Virus record (IMG/VR): IMGVR_UViG_3300026302_000005
Location: 128,001-192,000 of that record
Length of the DNA: 64,000 bases
Source of the DNA: a virus
Lineage: Duplodnaviria > Heunggongvirae > Uroviricota > Caudoviricetes
Reading direction: 5' to 3' (one strand)
Under the pieces are notes generated by a model. That model was not told the origin of the DNA, ran no database searches, and saw nothing but the letters and a program-made list of their open reading frames with translations. Made by a program: the position numbers and the translations under genes. This document shows positions 9,149 through 20,646 of the stretch, piece after piece; within the stretch, counting starts at the first letter, position 1; each line of letters begins with the position of its first letter.

Positions 9149-10587
9149 TGCCGACCGGAATTATCGAGATACAGGATGAGGTCAACGTTAAGCTCCTGGG
9201 CATCCCCCAGGGGCTTATGGCTAATGCCCAACAGGCATTGACCTATCATGTTCCCGGGTTCCATCAGATGCCAAAATACCGCATGGGATGGTGGGACGGA
9301 ACCATCTCCCTGCTGAGCCCCACTGGTAAGACCTATCTGAATCTCATCGACGCGGTTATGCCGATATTTGAGTCGGCTGGGTATGACTTCGTGATCGAAG
9401 ATCACCGGGCTGATTGGTCGAACGTTCTTGAACAAATCGTTATTCCAGATGAGAACCTGTTTGCCGAATATACCTGGAAGGATGGGACACCGATCATCCT
9501 CCGAGATTACCAGTTGGCGGCAATCAAAGCCGCACTGACAACCGGACAGGGATTGCTGGAGCTTGCAACCGGGGCCGGTAAAACCCTGATCTGTGCGGCT
9601 CTGGCAAAGGTATACTCACAGTTCGGTAAGGTTATCATCATTGTCCCGGACGTCGGTCTGGTTCTGCAAACCCAATCGCTGTTCAAACGGGTTGGACTTG
9701 ACGTTGGCATCTGGTATGCTGATGTGAAAGATGATCGGCAGATCACGATCAGCACCTGGCAGAGCCTTGAGCATGTCCCAGAGTTGTTTGCCGGGACTGT
9801 CTGTTGCATCGTAGACGAGGCACACAAGGCCAAGGCCAAGGTCATCAGTGAGATCATGGCTGGACCGGCATGCAACGTTCCGTTCCGCTTTGGATGCACC
9901 GGCACGGTGCCGAAGGAAGAGTTGTTCAAGAGCCAGATTGCTGGGACCATTGGGCGAGCGATCTTCGAGTTGAAGGCATGGGAGCTTCAAGACGCCGGGG
10001 TGTTGGCATCGTCCGACGTCTATCAGATATCGCTCAACGATAGGGGAAATCCCCAGTATGTCCGGGCCACGCCATTCGAGGATTGGAGTGATTATCTGAA
10101 CTGGATTTTCGTCAATCCCGAACGAATGCGGTTGATCGCCGACATCATAATCGATGCTGCCGAGAACTACGGAAACACACTGGTGCTGGTTCCGCATCGG
10201 GCCCATGGAAAATTGCTCCACTCGCTGATCCCAGGATCGGTGAGTCTGGATGGTAAGGACAAGGCCACATTCCGCAGAGATCAATACGAAGAGTTCAACG
10301 AACGTGATGGGGCGGTGTTGATTTGCACCGATGCAATCGCATCGACCGGTTTGGACATTCCACGAATCAACGTTCTGTGTTTCATTGAGCCCGGGAAGAA
10401 ATTTGAGAAGATCATCCAAACCGTTGGTCGTGGGTTGAGAAAAGCCGACGATAAGGATCATGTCAGAATCCTGGACATCCATGGAAATGCCGACATGGCA
10501 AAGAAGCATGCAGCCGCCAGGAAAAAGCTTTACCTTGAAGCAAAAATTCCCTGCTATACCGAGGACCTAAGCTATGCTGATACTTGA
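9148..10587 (+). CDS. uvsW: SF2 DNA helicase UvsW
   Basis: LRDYQ, ATGAGKT, IVDEAH, GCTGT, STGLDIP, QTVGRGLR. Confidence 0.92.
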   Translation: MPTGIIEIQDEVNVKLLGIPQGLMANAQQALTYHVPGFHQMPKYRMGWWDGTISLLSPTGKTYLNLIDAVMPIFESAGYDFVIEDHRADWSNVLEQIVIPDENLFAEYTWKDGTPIILRDYQLAAIKAALTTGQGLLELATGAGKTLICAALAKVYSQFGKVIIIVPDVGLVLQTQSLFKRVGLDVGIWYADVKDDRQITISTWQSLEHVPELFAGTVCCIVDEAHKAKAKVISEIMAGPACNVPFRFGCTGTVPKEELFKSQIAGTIGRAIFELKAWELQDAGVLASSDVYQISLNDRGNPQYVRATPFEDWSDYLNWIFVNPERMRLIADIIIDAAENYGNTLVLVPHRAHGKLLHSLIPGSVSLDGKDKATFRRDQYEEFNERDGAVLICTDAIASTGLDIPRINVLCFIEPGKKFEKIIQTVGRGLRKADDKDHVRILDIHGNADMAKKHAAARKKLYLEAKIPCYTEDLSYADT

Positions 10588-11068
10588 CACTGACAACCAG
10601 GTTAGGGATACCGATCAACTGAGCGAATCCTGCTGGTATTCGGTTCTACGGTTCCGTGATTTGAAGAACCCCGATTTCTACTTCGAGGAACTGACCTACA
10701 TTGAAGAGTTCTCATCCCATACGATGAAGATCGAGGTTGGGGGATACCCACTGTTTGTTCCATTCCATTGGTCCGTGCTATGCTCGGATCGCGAATACAT
10801 TCAGACCATCCCGCTGTATGAGTTTGCTGGCAGACCATTCAATGCCTTCTGTATCAATCCGATTGATGGGTTCAGTCCATACTATCCAGAAATCCGCATC
10901 GTTGAGGTCTTCTCAAACTCGACATGGACGTGTCCCCCTATCCATGATAAGGACATGCTTGTTGTCCCCATCGGGCCGAACCCCAGTGGGGCCCACAAAG
11001 GTCCGTTGTGTGTGATTCTGAGTCCACACAAACTGGATGTAAATCGATCACTATCGGATATCATGTAG
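10574..11068 (+). CDS. Hypothetical protein
   Basis: 164-aa ORF that overlaps uvsW within the replication operon. Confidence 0.75.
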   Translation: MLILDTDNQVRDTDQLSESCWYSVLRFRDLKNPDFYFEELTYIEEFSSHTMKIEVGGYPLFVPFHWSVLCSDREYIQTIPLYEFAGRPFNAFCINPIDGFSPYYPEIRIVEVFSNSTWTCPPIHDKDMLVVPIGPNPSGAHKGPLCVILSPHKLDVNRSLSDIM

Positions 11069-11548
11069 ATGGACATTCAGACTGCACTTCAATACCTGGA
11101 TCGTGGGGACATGCGTCTCTACGATGACGCCGGTCCTGATCAATCTGGGCTGGCCCGCGACCTGGCCTGGATCATCCCCCAGTGGATGACCGGTTCCACC
11201 AACAACACGGCACATCGTTTTCTGATCGAAGCTTTCGATGAACTGTGTAACCCGGGCTGGAACCAGTTGGCTGCGCATCCTGGGCTACGGGCCCGACTTC
11301 TTGCCAGTATTCGATCACCGGGAACCCGTCACAAATTCTACCCACCGGGCAAGAAGAAGCCTGTGCTTGGAAAGCTGTTTGAGGTGTTACAGGCCGAGTT
11401 GGAAGATATTCGACCGGAAGAGGTTGTATTGTGGTGCCAAAACGCTACATCTGATGAACTCAATGCTCTGATGGATCGGAGCGGGGTTCCCATGGATGAA
11501 CGAGGTGATGTGTGCAAGCTTTACGAAATCGCGAGAAGCCAGAGGTAA
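11069..11548 (+). CDS. Hypothetical protein
   Basis: Abutting 159-aa ORF in the operon. Confidence 0.75.
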   Translation: MDIQTALQYLDRGDMRLYDDAGPDQSGLARDLAWIIPQWMTGSTNNTAHRFLIEAFDELCNPGWNQLAAHPGLRARLLASIRSPGTRHKFYPPGKKKPVLGKLFEVLQAELEDIRPEEVVLWCQNATSDELNALMDRSGVPMDERGDVCKLYEIARSQR

Positions 11549-12267
11549 AGACGTTGGAGCGGGTCAACCGGTGCCAATTCTGTGGTAAGACGTTTGTTCG
11601 AAAGAGTTGGGCATCCAGGCACACATGTGCGAAGAAACGCAAGTTCGAGCAGTCCGTCGATGTGACCATCCAATACGCATACCGGCTCTACACGTATTGG
11701 ATGCAGCGACAGAAGTTGACCAAGCGTGGGAAAGACCCGGACTTTGACAAATTCCTCAAGAGCCCGGTGAAGGGTGCGTTCTGTAAGCTGGTCGTGTTTT
11801 GTTCGAGTCAGGACATCCGATCTGCATATTCCTACATCGACTGGCTAATCGCCAGTAATCGGGCCGAACGGGATTGGTATGATGATTCGTCCATCGCGTT
11901 GAATGAATACCGAACCTTCACCAAAGAGAACGAAGACCCCTTGGAACAGGCTATGCTGACGTTGAAGCATATCGAGCGGTGGTTGCTGGAAGATGAGACC
12001 CGCACCCCACAGGACTTCTTCGACCGGTTGACCCCGGGTATGGTTCTGACCCTGGTTCGTCAGAAGAAGATTCTCCCGTGGCCGTTGTTCACGTATGATC
12101 CGATTGTGTCAAAATGGCTCGACCGTGGCTCCTACAACGCCGATGTGTTCTTCCGGATTGACAGCATCGTGAATTGTGAGTATTGGGCTGACAAGATCGC
12201 AGAGAGTCCGGATACTGCCGTGGCGGTCAAACGGATCATGGATCAAATATGGCAATACCAGACGTAG
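11512..12267 (+). CDS. Zinc-finger protein
   Basis: N-terminal CQFCGKTF...RHTC. Confidence 0.7.
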   Translation: MQALRNREKPEVKTLERVNRCQFCGKTFVRKSWASRHTCAKKRKFEQSVDVTIQYAYRLYTYWMQRQKLTKRGKDPDFDKFLKSPVKGAFCKLVVFCSSQDIRSAYSYIDWLIASNRAERDWYDDSSIALNEYRTFTKENEDPLEQAMLTLKHIERWLLEDETRTPQDFFDRLTPGMVLTLVRQKKILPWPLFTYDPIVSKWLDRGSYNADVFFRIDSIVNCEYWADKIAESPDTAVAVKRIMDQIWQYQT

Positions 12268-12884
12268 ACCTTGATGTGGGAGATAGAACCAGGGTTCTGG
12301 AGCTATTCCCCACTGCCATCCCAGCCTCTCAACTGGCCTCGGACGGATCGCGGCTGGTCAAGCACAACACCGGTGTCTATTTTCAGAATATACCGGTTGA
12401 TCCTCTATCCGGCATCGCAACATTCCCGTATGCCATGGCCGAGGAACTGTGCTACTACAAGGTGGACTTCATCCCCTATGGCATCTACGATGACATTCAG
12501 AACGAACAGCATCTGATAGACCTGATCGCGGTGGCCGAGAGTGATGGGTTTCCATGGGAGTGGTTTCAGGATGATCGCTTTTTCGACAACCCCGACGCTG
12601 GTCTGCGACTGACCCAGTTGGGATCACACTTCGATCTCTGTAAGATGTATCCCCCAGCTTCCGTTATGGACATTGCCATACTCATCGCGTTGATTCGGCC
12701 CCGGAAGAAATATCTGATCGGTGAGCCGTGGGATATCATCGAGAACGTCATTTGGCAAAAGCTTCCGGAAGAAGATACGGGCGATCCCAAGAACTACTTC
12801 TTCAAGAAGTCACACGCCGTGGCGTTTGCTCTGGCAGTGCTGGTGCATATGCAGCTATTGCAGACCAAGTTCCCGAAGAAATGA
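12249..12884 (+). CDS. Minimal DnaE (Pol III alpha)-like catalytic core
   Basis: PDVDLD, KHNTGVY, YYKVDF, ALIRP, FKKSHAVAFA motifs. Confidence 0.8.
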   Translation: MAIPDVDLDVGDRTRVLELFPTAIPASQLASDGSRLVKHNTGVYFQNIPVDPLSGIATFPYAMAEELCYYKVDFIPYGIYDDIQNEQHLIDLIAVAESDGFPWEWFQDDRFFDNPDAGLRLTQLGSHFDLCKMYPPASVMDIAILIALIRPRKKYLIGEPWDIIENVIWQKLPEEDTGDPKNYFFKKSHAVAFALAVLVHMQLLQTKFPKK

Positions 12885-12917
12885 ATATGGCCGCAGGGAC
12901 ATCCCTGCGGCCATATT
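12884..12917. terminator. Bidirectional terminator between convergent operons
   Basis: AATATGGCCGCAGGGA/TCCCTGCGGCCATATT inverted repeat. Confidence 0.8.
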
Positions 12918-12941
12918 GTTTGTGGATAGCGATCAGCCGGA

Positions 12942-15900
12942 TTAGGCCGACCGAACCATAACCTCGATCATCCCCTCGGCCTCACCGTCATACGACTGCA
13001 TGGCGATGGCTACGACCGCACCAGGCTCGATAGGAGCCCCTTCCAGGCTGGTGTCGCAACCAGCCAGGTGGGAGGTGCCCAGACGATCACCCTTGGCGAT
13101 CTTGCCCACCACACGGGCTGGAACACGTCCTGCCAGGGCGATGAACGGCCAGTCGGCTTTGTCTTCCCCATCGTTCATTCGAACAGCCGGGTTCATTGAG
13201 ACCAAACCGGCAACGGCATGATGACCTTTGCGAGTTGTCGTGGTGACTTCTTTGTCTCCCCCGATAACCAGGATGGTGCCTTCCGGATAGTCTGCATCAG
13301 CTTCATAGCGTTCTGCAAGGTCAGCGTAGAGAGCCGAGGTGGCTTCACCGAACATGGTGTTCCACCGCAGGGCGTTTGATCCCAAGTTCTGGACGTTGGT
13401 AACTGCCGGAAGAAGGTTACCAGCGTTCAGAGACATTTGGGCAACGCCAGCCGTAGACCATCCGAGGACGTTCGCCCCGGCCCGATACATCCCCATATCG
13501 GTGTCGCCGGTGAACGTAAAGGTGGGGGCTGCTGCTGTTCCCAGAGTGCTGCCCTCGATTTGGTTGTTACGCAATACTGCCATAGTTCGCAGTGTTCCAG
13601 CAACCCGAGTTTGGAACGCGATGTTGGTAGTATCCAACCCGGCAGTGGGATCGTCCACCGAATAGAGGACGCGAATCGCGTTTGCAACGTTCGTGCCTGC
13701 ACTATTTGGATACTCAAATTCATTGGTCGCGATGGTCCCGGCTGCAACCATGGCTGCACCTTCACGACGGTAACGATACAGATATGCTGCACTCTGGGAG
13801 AAGTTATACCAGGCTCCCGCAGAAATCTGTTGCTGACGGACACCACCCACTGCAACACCAATGGTGTTGGCAATGACTTCATACAATCCGGTGTCAGAAT
13901 CTCCAATGAACGAATACGAGGGTGCGGCAACTGTCCCGGGTGGAATCTGTATCTGATTTGGGAATATCAGAACCTGGTTTACGAACCCTCCTCCAGGCTC
14001 TTGTAGGGCGATTTCGATATGTGATGATGAAAGTCCAACGCCCGCCGTGGGGTCATCAACAGTCGTGAGAATTCGACTGGCAATCGTGCTATTTCCGGCT
14101 GAGTTCGGGAAGTAGGTATCAAACGTTCCCACACTCCCTGCCACCGTCATGTTAGCTCCGGTCCGTTGTGTAATAATTTGGGTAATGTTGTTCGGGCGGA
14201 TCACTGTGAATGCATCAGGTCTAGCCTGGGCGACAGCCCGTAGCGTTCCGGCATCCATTAGGTTGATATTCAATGCGCCCACTTCGGCAGCAGCAGTAAT
14301 TGTGCTCGATATGACATCTATCGCCCCGTATACAACGTTGTTACCAATTACTCGGAATTGACCAACGCTGTTGGTAGCTACAGGTGTGCCACGGGACACA
14401 TTTATGGTCGGGACGGCGGTCGTGCTAATGACGGTGGCTGTGTTAGCCTGAACGTTAAAGGCGCGAGCACCGTTTGCGGAAATATCAACGTTACCAGCAC
14501 CGGTCGTATACATACCCGTGTCAGTGTCGCCCGAGAAGGCATAGCTCGGGAGAGCAGCCGTTCCAAACGTATTTTGGATTACCGCAGCACCAGACATGAT
14601 CAGGTCCCCGGTCATGGTGTCTCCGGCCTTCAACACGAACGGGCCGGTTGCAGATACGTTGGTCAACACCTGCTGCCAGGAGCCGTTGGCATAGCCTTCG
14701 AACTGGTCCAACGTGCTGTTATACCGATACATGCCCTCTACCGGAGCGGTCGGGCGTTGTGCCGTGGTTCCCACGATCTGCTGAACTGCATCGGTTCCAG
14801 TAAAGACGACGGATGCTCCAGTTGCAGTCGAGATCAGCGTGAGCTTGTCGGATACAACTGTTCCGGCATCCACCAGTTGGAACTTCATGGAAGATCGTAG
14901 TGCTGCTGCCGTGCTCGATTGGATTTCCGATAGAATGCGGGTATACAGAACGTTGGCAGATGCAGAGTTGAGACCTTCCGAATCGAACACACTCAGCAAT
15001 CCACTGGCTACAGTGGTTCCTGTTCGACGAGCAGCGATTACTACTGCGTTATCGGGAGTAAACTTGAAGAGACCCCCGGCAAGCAACAACATGGAAAGAG
15101 AACCATTATTGCTATAACCGATTTGTCCAGCGCCTGGCAAATACATACCGGTGTCGGTGTCAGAAAGGAATGCCAGTGACGGGGCGGTGACGCTACCAGA
15201 TGTGATCTGAACCTGAGCATTGACCGTTCCGCCAGTAGCACGAAGAGCCTCCACAAATCCAAGAGCAGCACTGTCGATGATCATCGACATAGCAGTCTGT
15301 TCCAGACCCGCTGTGGAATCCACCACTTGTGTTCTCAGACGAGCACCGGTAGTATTGGTCCCGGCTGAGTTCGGATATTCAGTATCGTAGTAGCCAATAT
15401 CCGTCAGGGTTGCCGGAGCAATTGCAGTTCCAGTTCTCCGAAGGGAATGTTGGGGGGTGTTGTTCAGTCGTTCCGTTACACTTTGGATATCGGAGAAATA
15501 TCCGATACGGTTACCACCGGCAGCAAATCCAACAATGTTGGCTGCTGGACGATACATACCGGTATCCGTATCACCCGTGAAGGTGTAGCTCGGGAGTGCG
15601 GGAGTTCCTGATTGATGAGAAATGACGGCAGTGCCACTGATGGTGAGGTTACCAGTCATGGTATCGCCAGCTTTTTCAACCCAGATATCGTTGGTGCCAC
15701 CGGGGTTCAGTCCGAGGTTGACGATGGCCGAGGTCACGTTGGTCAGATCAGACAGGTTGTTGGCGGCAAGCAGGAAGCCGGTTCCGGTGGTGGACACCTG
15801 TTCCCACGATCCGTTTTCATAGCCTTCAAATTGACCCAACGTCGTGTTGTAGCGAAGCATCCCGTTGACGGGTGTAGCGGGGCGTTGTGCAGTCGTTCCA

Positions 15901-18900
15901 TCCGGAAGCTGAACGGCATCGGTGGTGTTAAAGATAAACGAAGCGTTGGTCAGACCACCGGCCTGGAACAGCATCGTTTGGGCACCAGAAATGGCCACGC
16001 CAATCTGGTTCACAGCAGGAGCATAAAGACCCGTGGTTGTGGCACCGGTGAAGTTGATGCTCGGGGTGGCAACCGCACCCAGTGGCATCGTCAGCGAGCC
16101 GGTCATCGTATCCCCGGCTTTTTCGACCCAGATATCACCGGCACCACCAGCCACGAGACCCAGGTTGGTCCGAGCAGTAGCGGCGTTGGCTACGTCAGAC
16201 AGGTTGTTGGCTGCGACCAGGAAGCCGGAGCCCGTGGTTCCGATTTGCTGCCATGCACCGTTTTCATATCCTTCAAAGCGGTTCAATGTGCTGTTGTAGC
16301 GGAACATACCGTTGACAGGGGTGGTTGGGCGTTGAACAGTAGTTCCACGCGGCATCGTGATGGCATCGGTTGAACCGATGATGACCGATGCGTTGGCCAG
16401 ACCGCCAGCCTGGAATGTAGCGACGGTTGTTCCGGTCGGAGACAGGGTGATTGTGGTTGTGTTGAACACTGCGGTGGAAACACCACCTGGGAGGACGTTT
16501 ACCGCAGTTGTGGTTCCCGTCAGGGTTCCAACACCGGCCACCGACAGCCCAATCGAGTTTGCCGCAGGGCGGTATACCCCGGTTGCAACATCAGCCAGGA
16601 AAGATACACCTGGGATCGCCGCAGTTCCGCTTGGAACACGAACTTGCCCGCCCTGTAGGGTCATGTGGTTGACGTTTGCACCAGCCGAAAACAGGTTGAA
16701 CTGTAGCGAACCTGTCGCTGTGGCCGTGGTGTTGTCGATGATGAGTTGGCGAATCTGTGCGTAATCGGTCGTGCCTGGAGTGGTGTTAATACCACGGAAT
16801 GCAATCCGACCGGTCTCGTGGTTACCAGCAGTTCCTGTCCGCTCCAAGCGTAGAACGCCAATTGCCTCGTCGGCATTGGTGGACAACAGTGCGTTTCCAG
16901 CACGAAGAGCTTCTCGTGGGCCACCACCGGTTCCAACCGATAGGCTAATCAGGTTTGCACCCGGACGATAGAAGCCGGTATCCAGATCGGTATCGAACGT
17001 CAGTGGTGGTAGTCCAGGCGTCGTTACAGACCCATCCAACAGAACACGAGCAGCCGTATCCATGGTGAGGTCACCAATCATGGTATCCCCGGCCTTTTCG
17101 ACCCAGATATCACCAGCACCACCGGCAACCAACCCAAGGTTGGTCCGGGCCGTGGCGACGTTGGCTACATCGGACAGGTTGTTGGCTGCGACCAAGAAGC
17201 CGGTTCCAACTGAGTCCAGAAGGACTGACCAGGAGCCGTTGATGTAGCCTTCCATACGGGCCAGGGTCGAGTTGTAGCGAAGCATCCCGTTGACGGGTGT
17301 CGTTGGGCGCTGGACCGTCGATCCGTTAGGAAGCTGAACAGCATCGGTGCTTGTGAAGATGGTGGATGCGTTTACTCCAGCCCCAAACTGGAAGCGAGCA
17401 GCTTCTGTTCCACCAGCAGATAGTCCGAGAATGTCGGCGGCGGGAGAGAACACACCGGTATTCGGATCGGTGATGAAAGACCAAGCCGGGAATGCTGCGG
17501 TTCCGATGGTTTCGACGCGGGCTACCCCACCGATAAGGGTCAACGCCGTGTTGTTTCCACCGTTGCGAACAACGTTGAAGTCCATCTGAGCGTCTTCGGT
17601 TGCAGCGACAGAATCAACCACTCGAACCGAAATGCGTCCATACAGGGTTCTGGTCAGTGTGCTGTTTGGGCCGTTGAAATCTACGGTGCCGAGTAGGGTT
17701 CCCAGAACCGGTGCGACAGTATCGGTGTATACCAGATCAACCTGGGGAGTAAGGGTGTTTGCACGTGTCACCTCAATACCAGTTGCCAAGAACCTAGCAG
17801 TTTCAACTCCACCAACGGTGGCGCTGATGGTGTTGGCTGCGGATCGATAGAAACCGGTATCCAGATCGTTGTCAAAAGTCAGAGCCGGGGCTGTCGGGAG
17901 AACTGCTGATCCATCCAGTTGAATCTGAGCAGCAGTATCCATGACCAGGTTGCCGGTCATCGTATCGCCAGCTTTTTCGACCCAGATATCGCCAGCACCA
18001 CCAGCCACGAGACCCAGGTTGGTCCGTGCCGTGGCGACGTTGGTCAGATCAGACAGGTTGTTGACTGCGAGCAATGCACCGGAGAATCCTGCCAATTGCG
18101 TAGCCAAGCTGTTGCGGTCGATCTTGCGGTTGTTCGTGCCGTTCCAGTAGATGAATTCATCGGTAGCGGCCAGGGTCAGGTCAGCGGTCAGACCGGTGAT
18201 GTTGATACCAATCGTGCTGTTACCAGCCACACCGTTACCGTTGGTGACCACGATACCTTCTTGACCAGCCACAGCACCAGTGATTGTGCGGAGTGCGAAG
18301 GTTGCATCACCGGTGCGGACCATGTATCCGGTGCCAACACCCAATGCATCGATTGCAGCCAATTCGGCCTGTTCCGATGCTGGGATATCAGCAGTGGTCA
18401 AGATGCTCAGGCTGGAGATCATGCTGGCGAAGGTTGCCTTGCGATCTGCGGTCGAAAGCACATCAAAGAACGGCAGAGTGTCGGTAGGATCGATAGTTCC
18501 GGTTGTCAGCGTGGTGGTGTTCAGACTGATGGTGCTACCAGCGATTCCGATACCAGGACCAGAGGTAACCAACGCTCCGAAGTTACCCTGTGTGACAAGT
18601 TGGAGATCGGCGATCAGACTGGTGAAGGTGCGAGCCCGGTGTGCCGTAGCAGTCGTGCTAAAGAACGGAACCGTGTCTGCTGCCACAACAGCGGTGGTCG
18701 TCAGCAAGCTAGGGATGTTCATCTGGAAGTCGGCACCAACCAACTGCACCCCGGTGGATGCGGTGTAGGCACCAGCCGACGAGAACTGAATCCACGGCAT
18801 CGGATCGGTTCCCAGCACATCGTTGCTGTCAAACGTCGTGGTGTATCCACCCACGGTTGGCACGAACCGTGCCCTCTTCGATGAAGGTGAAGGCCGAACC

Positions 18901-19329
18901 CAGTTTCGTGTTGGTATCAGCGTCCAATGCACGTGATGCAGCACCAGCCGCAACGATCACATAGATACCGTTCTGGGCTGGAGCAGTCTGACCCAGAAGG
19001 AGGATACGATCCCCAGTGACCATGGTAACACCGTCATGGACCGATCCGTTGGTCAGACCGGTAGCGATGTTTACGTTCACGCTGGATGAGGCCCGCACGG
19101 ACTCTTTCGGTGCCAGACCTTGAATCAGGGCATCGACATAGGACTTGGACGTTGCATCGTTGGGGTTCAGCGGAATGGCTGCAATCCGGACGTTGGCCGG
19201 AGTTGTTCCATCGGCGGCGAACATACGAAATACGGTCGCAGCGGTGTTCCAGTCTACGAAGCCACCGCGACGTCCATGTTGAACGGTTCCGCCGATGCCG
19301 ATTTGACCGAAGTTATAGATAGTTGCCAT
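12942..19329 (-). CDS. Very long tail fibre/spike protein (about 2130 aa), split by a +1 frameshift at about 18845-18855. C-terminal peptidase G2/IMC-like domain.
   Basis: ORF 18829-19329 ends ...FTFIEEGTVRANRG and continues in the +1 frame as YTTTFDSND..WIQFS in ORF 12942-18953. It has repeated fibre modules and a C-terminal YADLAERY..ALAGRVP..KGDRL. Confidence 0.8.
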
Positions 19330-19341
19330 GCTTTTGTGTCC

Positions 19342-20040
19342 TTAGGTCGCTAGGTAGTTGACGGTAATGCCCGCTATGCCGAGGGTTCCCCCGTTGGCTG
19401 CTGGACCCGTGTTGAATACTGCCCGGATGAGCCCGGAGATCGGGGTAGTCAAAGTCAGATGTTGTTCGATGTAGATACCGACCCGCTTGATATCGATGCT
19501 GATCGCTGGCATCAGGTTGATCGGACCCAATGCTGTTTCAATCAGCATCGTGTCTACAATCGGATCATTGAATGCGGTGGGAATTTCTACCACGATGCTG
19601 GTGACGGAAAATCCAGGTGGGACGGTTCCGATGTTGTAAGTCGCAAGACCGGTGTCTGGTGGAGTATTGAAGTTGATGATCCGACGGACTGCCAGATCAC
19701 TCCCAGTGATGGTTCCGATGATCTGTCGAATGACGTCTTCACCACCGGTCTGATCCCAGATGCCGTTACCGGTGTAAACGAAGATCGCCGAATCACCAGG
19801 ATCGATGTTGAAGATTTGCGGACCACCCTGAACGTTCACCTGAACGATCACATCGTTGGTGCTTGCACTCTGGTTGTTGATGTGGAATTTCTTACCAACG
19901 TAGGAGTTCGGAAGAACGTGGATCGGGCTTCCACCGGTCTGCAACACCGTCATACCTTCGTAGTAGTTGACAAATGTGTTCGTCAACAGCAACCCCGAAG
20001 GGTTGGTCACTGTGGTCCACTTATGGTTGATGCTCTTCAT
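19342..20040 (-). CDS. Tail-fibre-associated structural protein
   Basis: Beta-rich 232-aa ORF directly upstream of the fibre gene. A minus-strand TAAATA lies at about 20072-20077. Confidence 0.65.
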   Translation of the reverse strand: MKSINHKWTTVTNPSGLLLTNTFVNYYEGMTVLQTGGSPIHVLPNSYVGKKFHINNQSASTNDVIVQVNVQGGPQIFNIDPGDSAIFVYTGNGIWDQTGGEDVIRQIIGTITGSDLAVRRIINFNTPPDTGLATYNIGTVPPGFSVTSIVVEIPTAFNDPIVDTMLIETALGPINLMPAISIDIKRVGIYIEQHLTLTTPISGLIRAVFNTGPAANGGTLGIAGITVNYLAT

Positions 20041-20123
20041 TGATCACATACCGGCTTCATTTGGTTCATAGTATTTAGCAATCCGTGATGCCCGTGTTCC
20101 TATGACGGATGTAAGAAAAGCTC

Positions 20124-20154
20124 TTGACAGGTCTTCGGGTCCAGTCTATAAATA
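20124..20154 (+). promoter_or_regulatory. Sigma70-type promoter overlapping a T4-like late motif, driving tmRNA
   Basis: TTGACA-17bp-TATAAA. The -10 element also reads TATAAATA. Confidence 0.75.
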
Positions 20155-20158
20155 CGAC

Positions 20159-20556
20159 TGTGACCGTTTGAGTTAATCGGACACACGTTCTGGACCCGGG
20201 GGCAGTTCCCGGCAGGTCCACCACGAGCACATCGAGTTTGGACTGTTCGCCTTCGGGGTCAATGGAAAGACGCTCAGACGCTCACGTTGGTTAGACGCAT
20301 TCCCTTCGGCGGATGTGTGGTCGCGTGAGCTAGAAATCGATGTTCTCTTGATGGGCCTGACATAGGATCGACAGGCGTGGGAATGTGATGCGAGGGCACC
20401 GGGCGAAAGCGCCGTTACCGCAATAAAACACTAACTGCAAACGTCGCAAACGACAACTTTGCACCGATGGCAATGGCCGCTTGATCGCTTAGGCGATTCA
20501 GCTTCCAACCTGCCACTGGCTTGGGCTTTCCAGAGCCTCGAAACAGAATCTGGCCG
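20159..20556 (+). ncRNA. ssrA: Circularly permuted two-piece tmRNA (alphaproteobacterial type). Outer ends are approximate.
   Basis: The acceptor piece ends CCCGGGGGCAGTTCCCGG-CAGGTCC-A-CCA at 20223. The coding piece starts GGGCCTG at 20353 and gives the G3.U70 pair. Tag frame 20437-20484 encodes ANVANDNFAPMAMAA*. Confidence 0.93.
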
Positions 20557-20557
20557 G

Positions 20558-20584
20558 AACGGGCTCCTTCGGGGGCCCGTTTTG
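20558..20584 (+). terminator. Intrinsic terminator after tmRNA
   Basis: AACGGGCTCC-TTCG-GGGGCCCGTTTTT. Confidence 0.85.
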
Positions 20585-20646
20585 TTTGGAAATATGATCG
20601 CTCATATTTTCGTATCCCTAAATAGTTTGAACTATGGAGATACGAG

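Noticed and set aside
20190-20223. Apparent tRNA 3' end or attP-like fragment
   Set aside because: It is the acceptor piece of the permuted tmRNA. Its 5' partner lies downstream at 20353.
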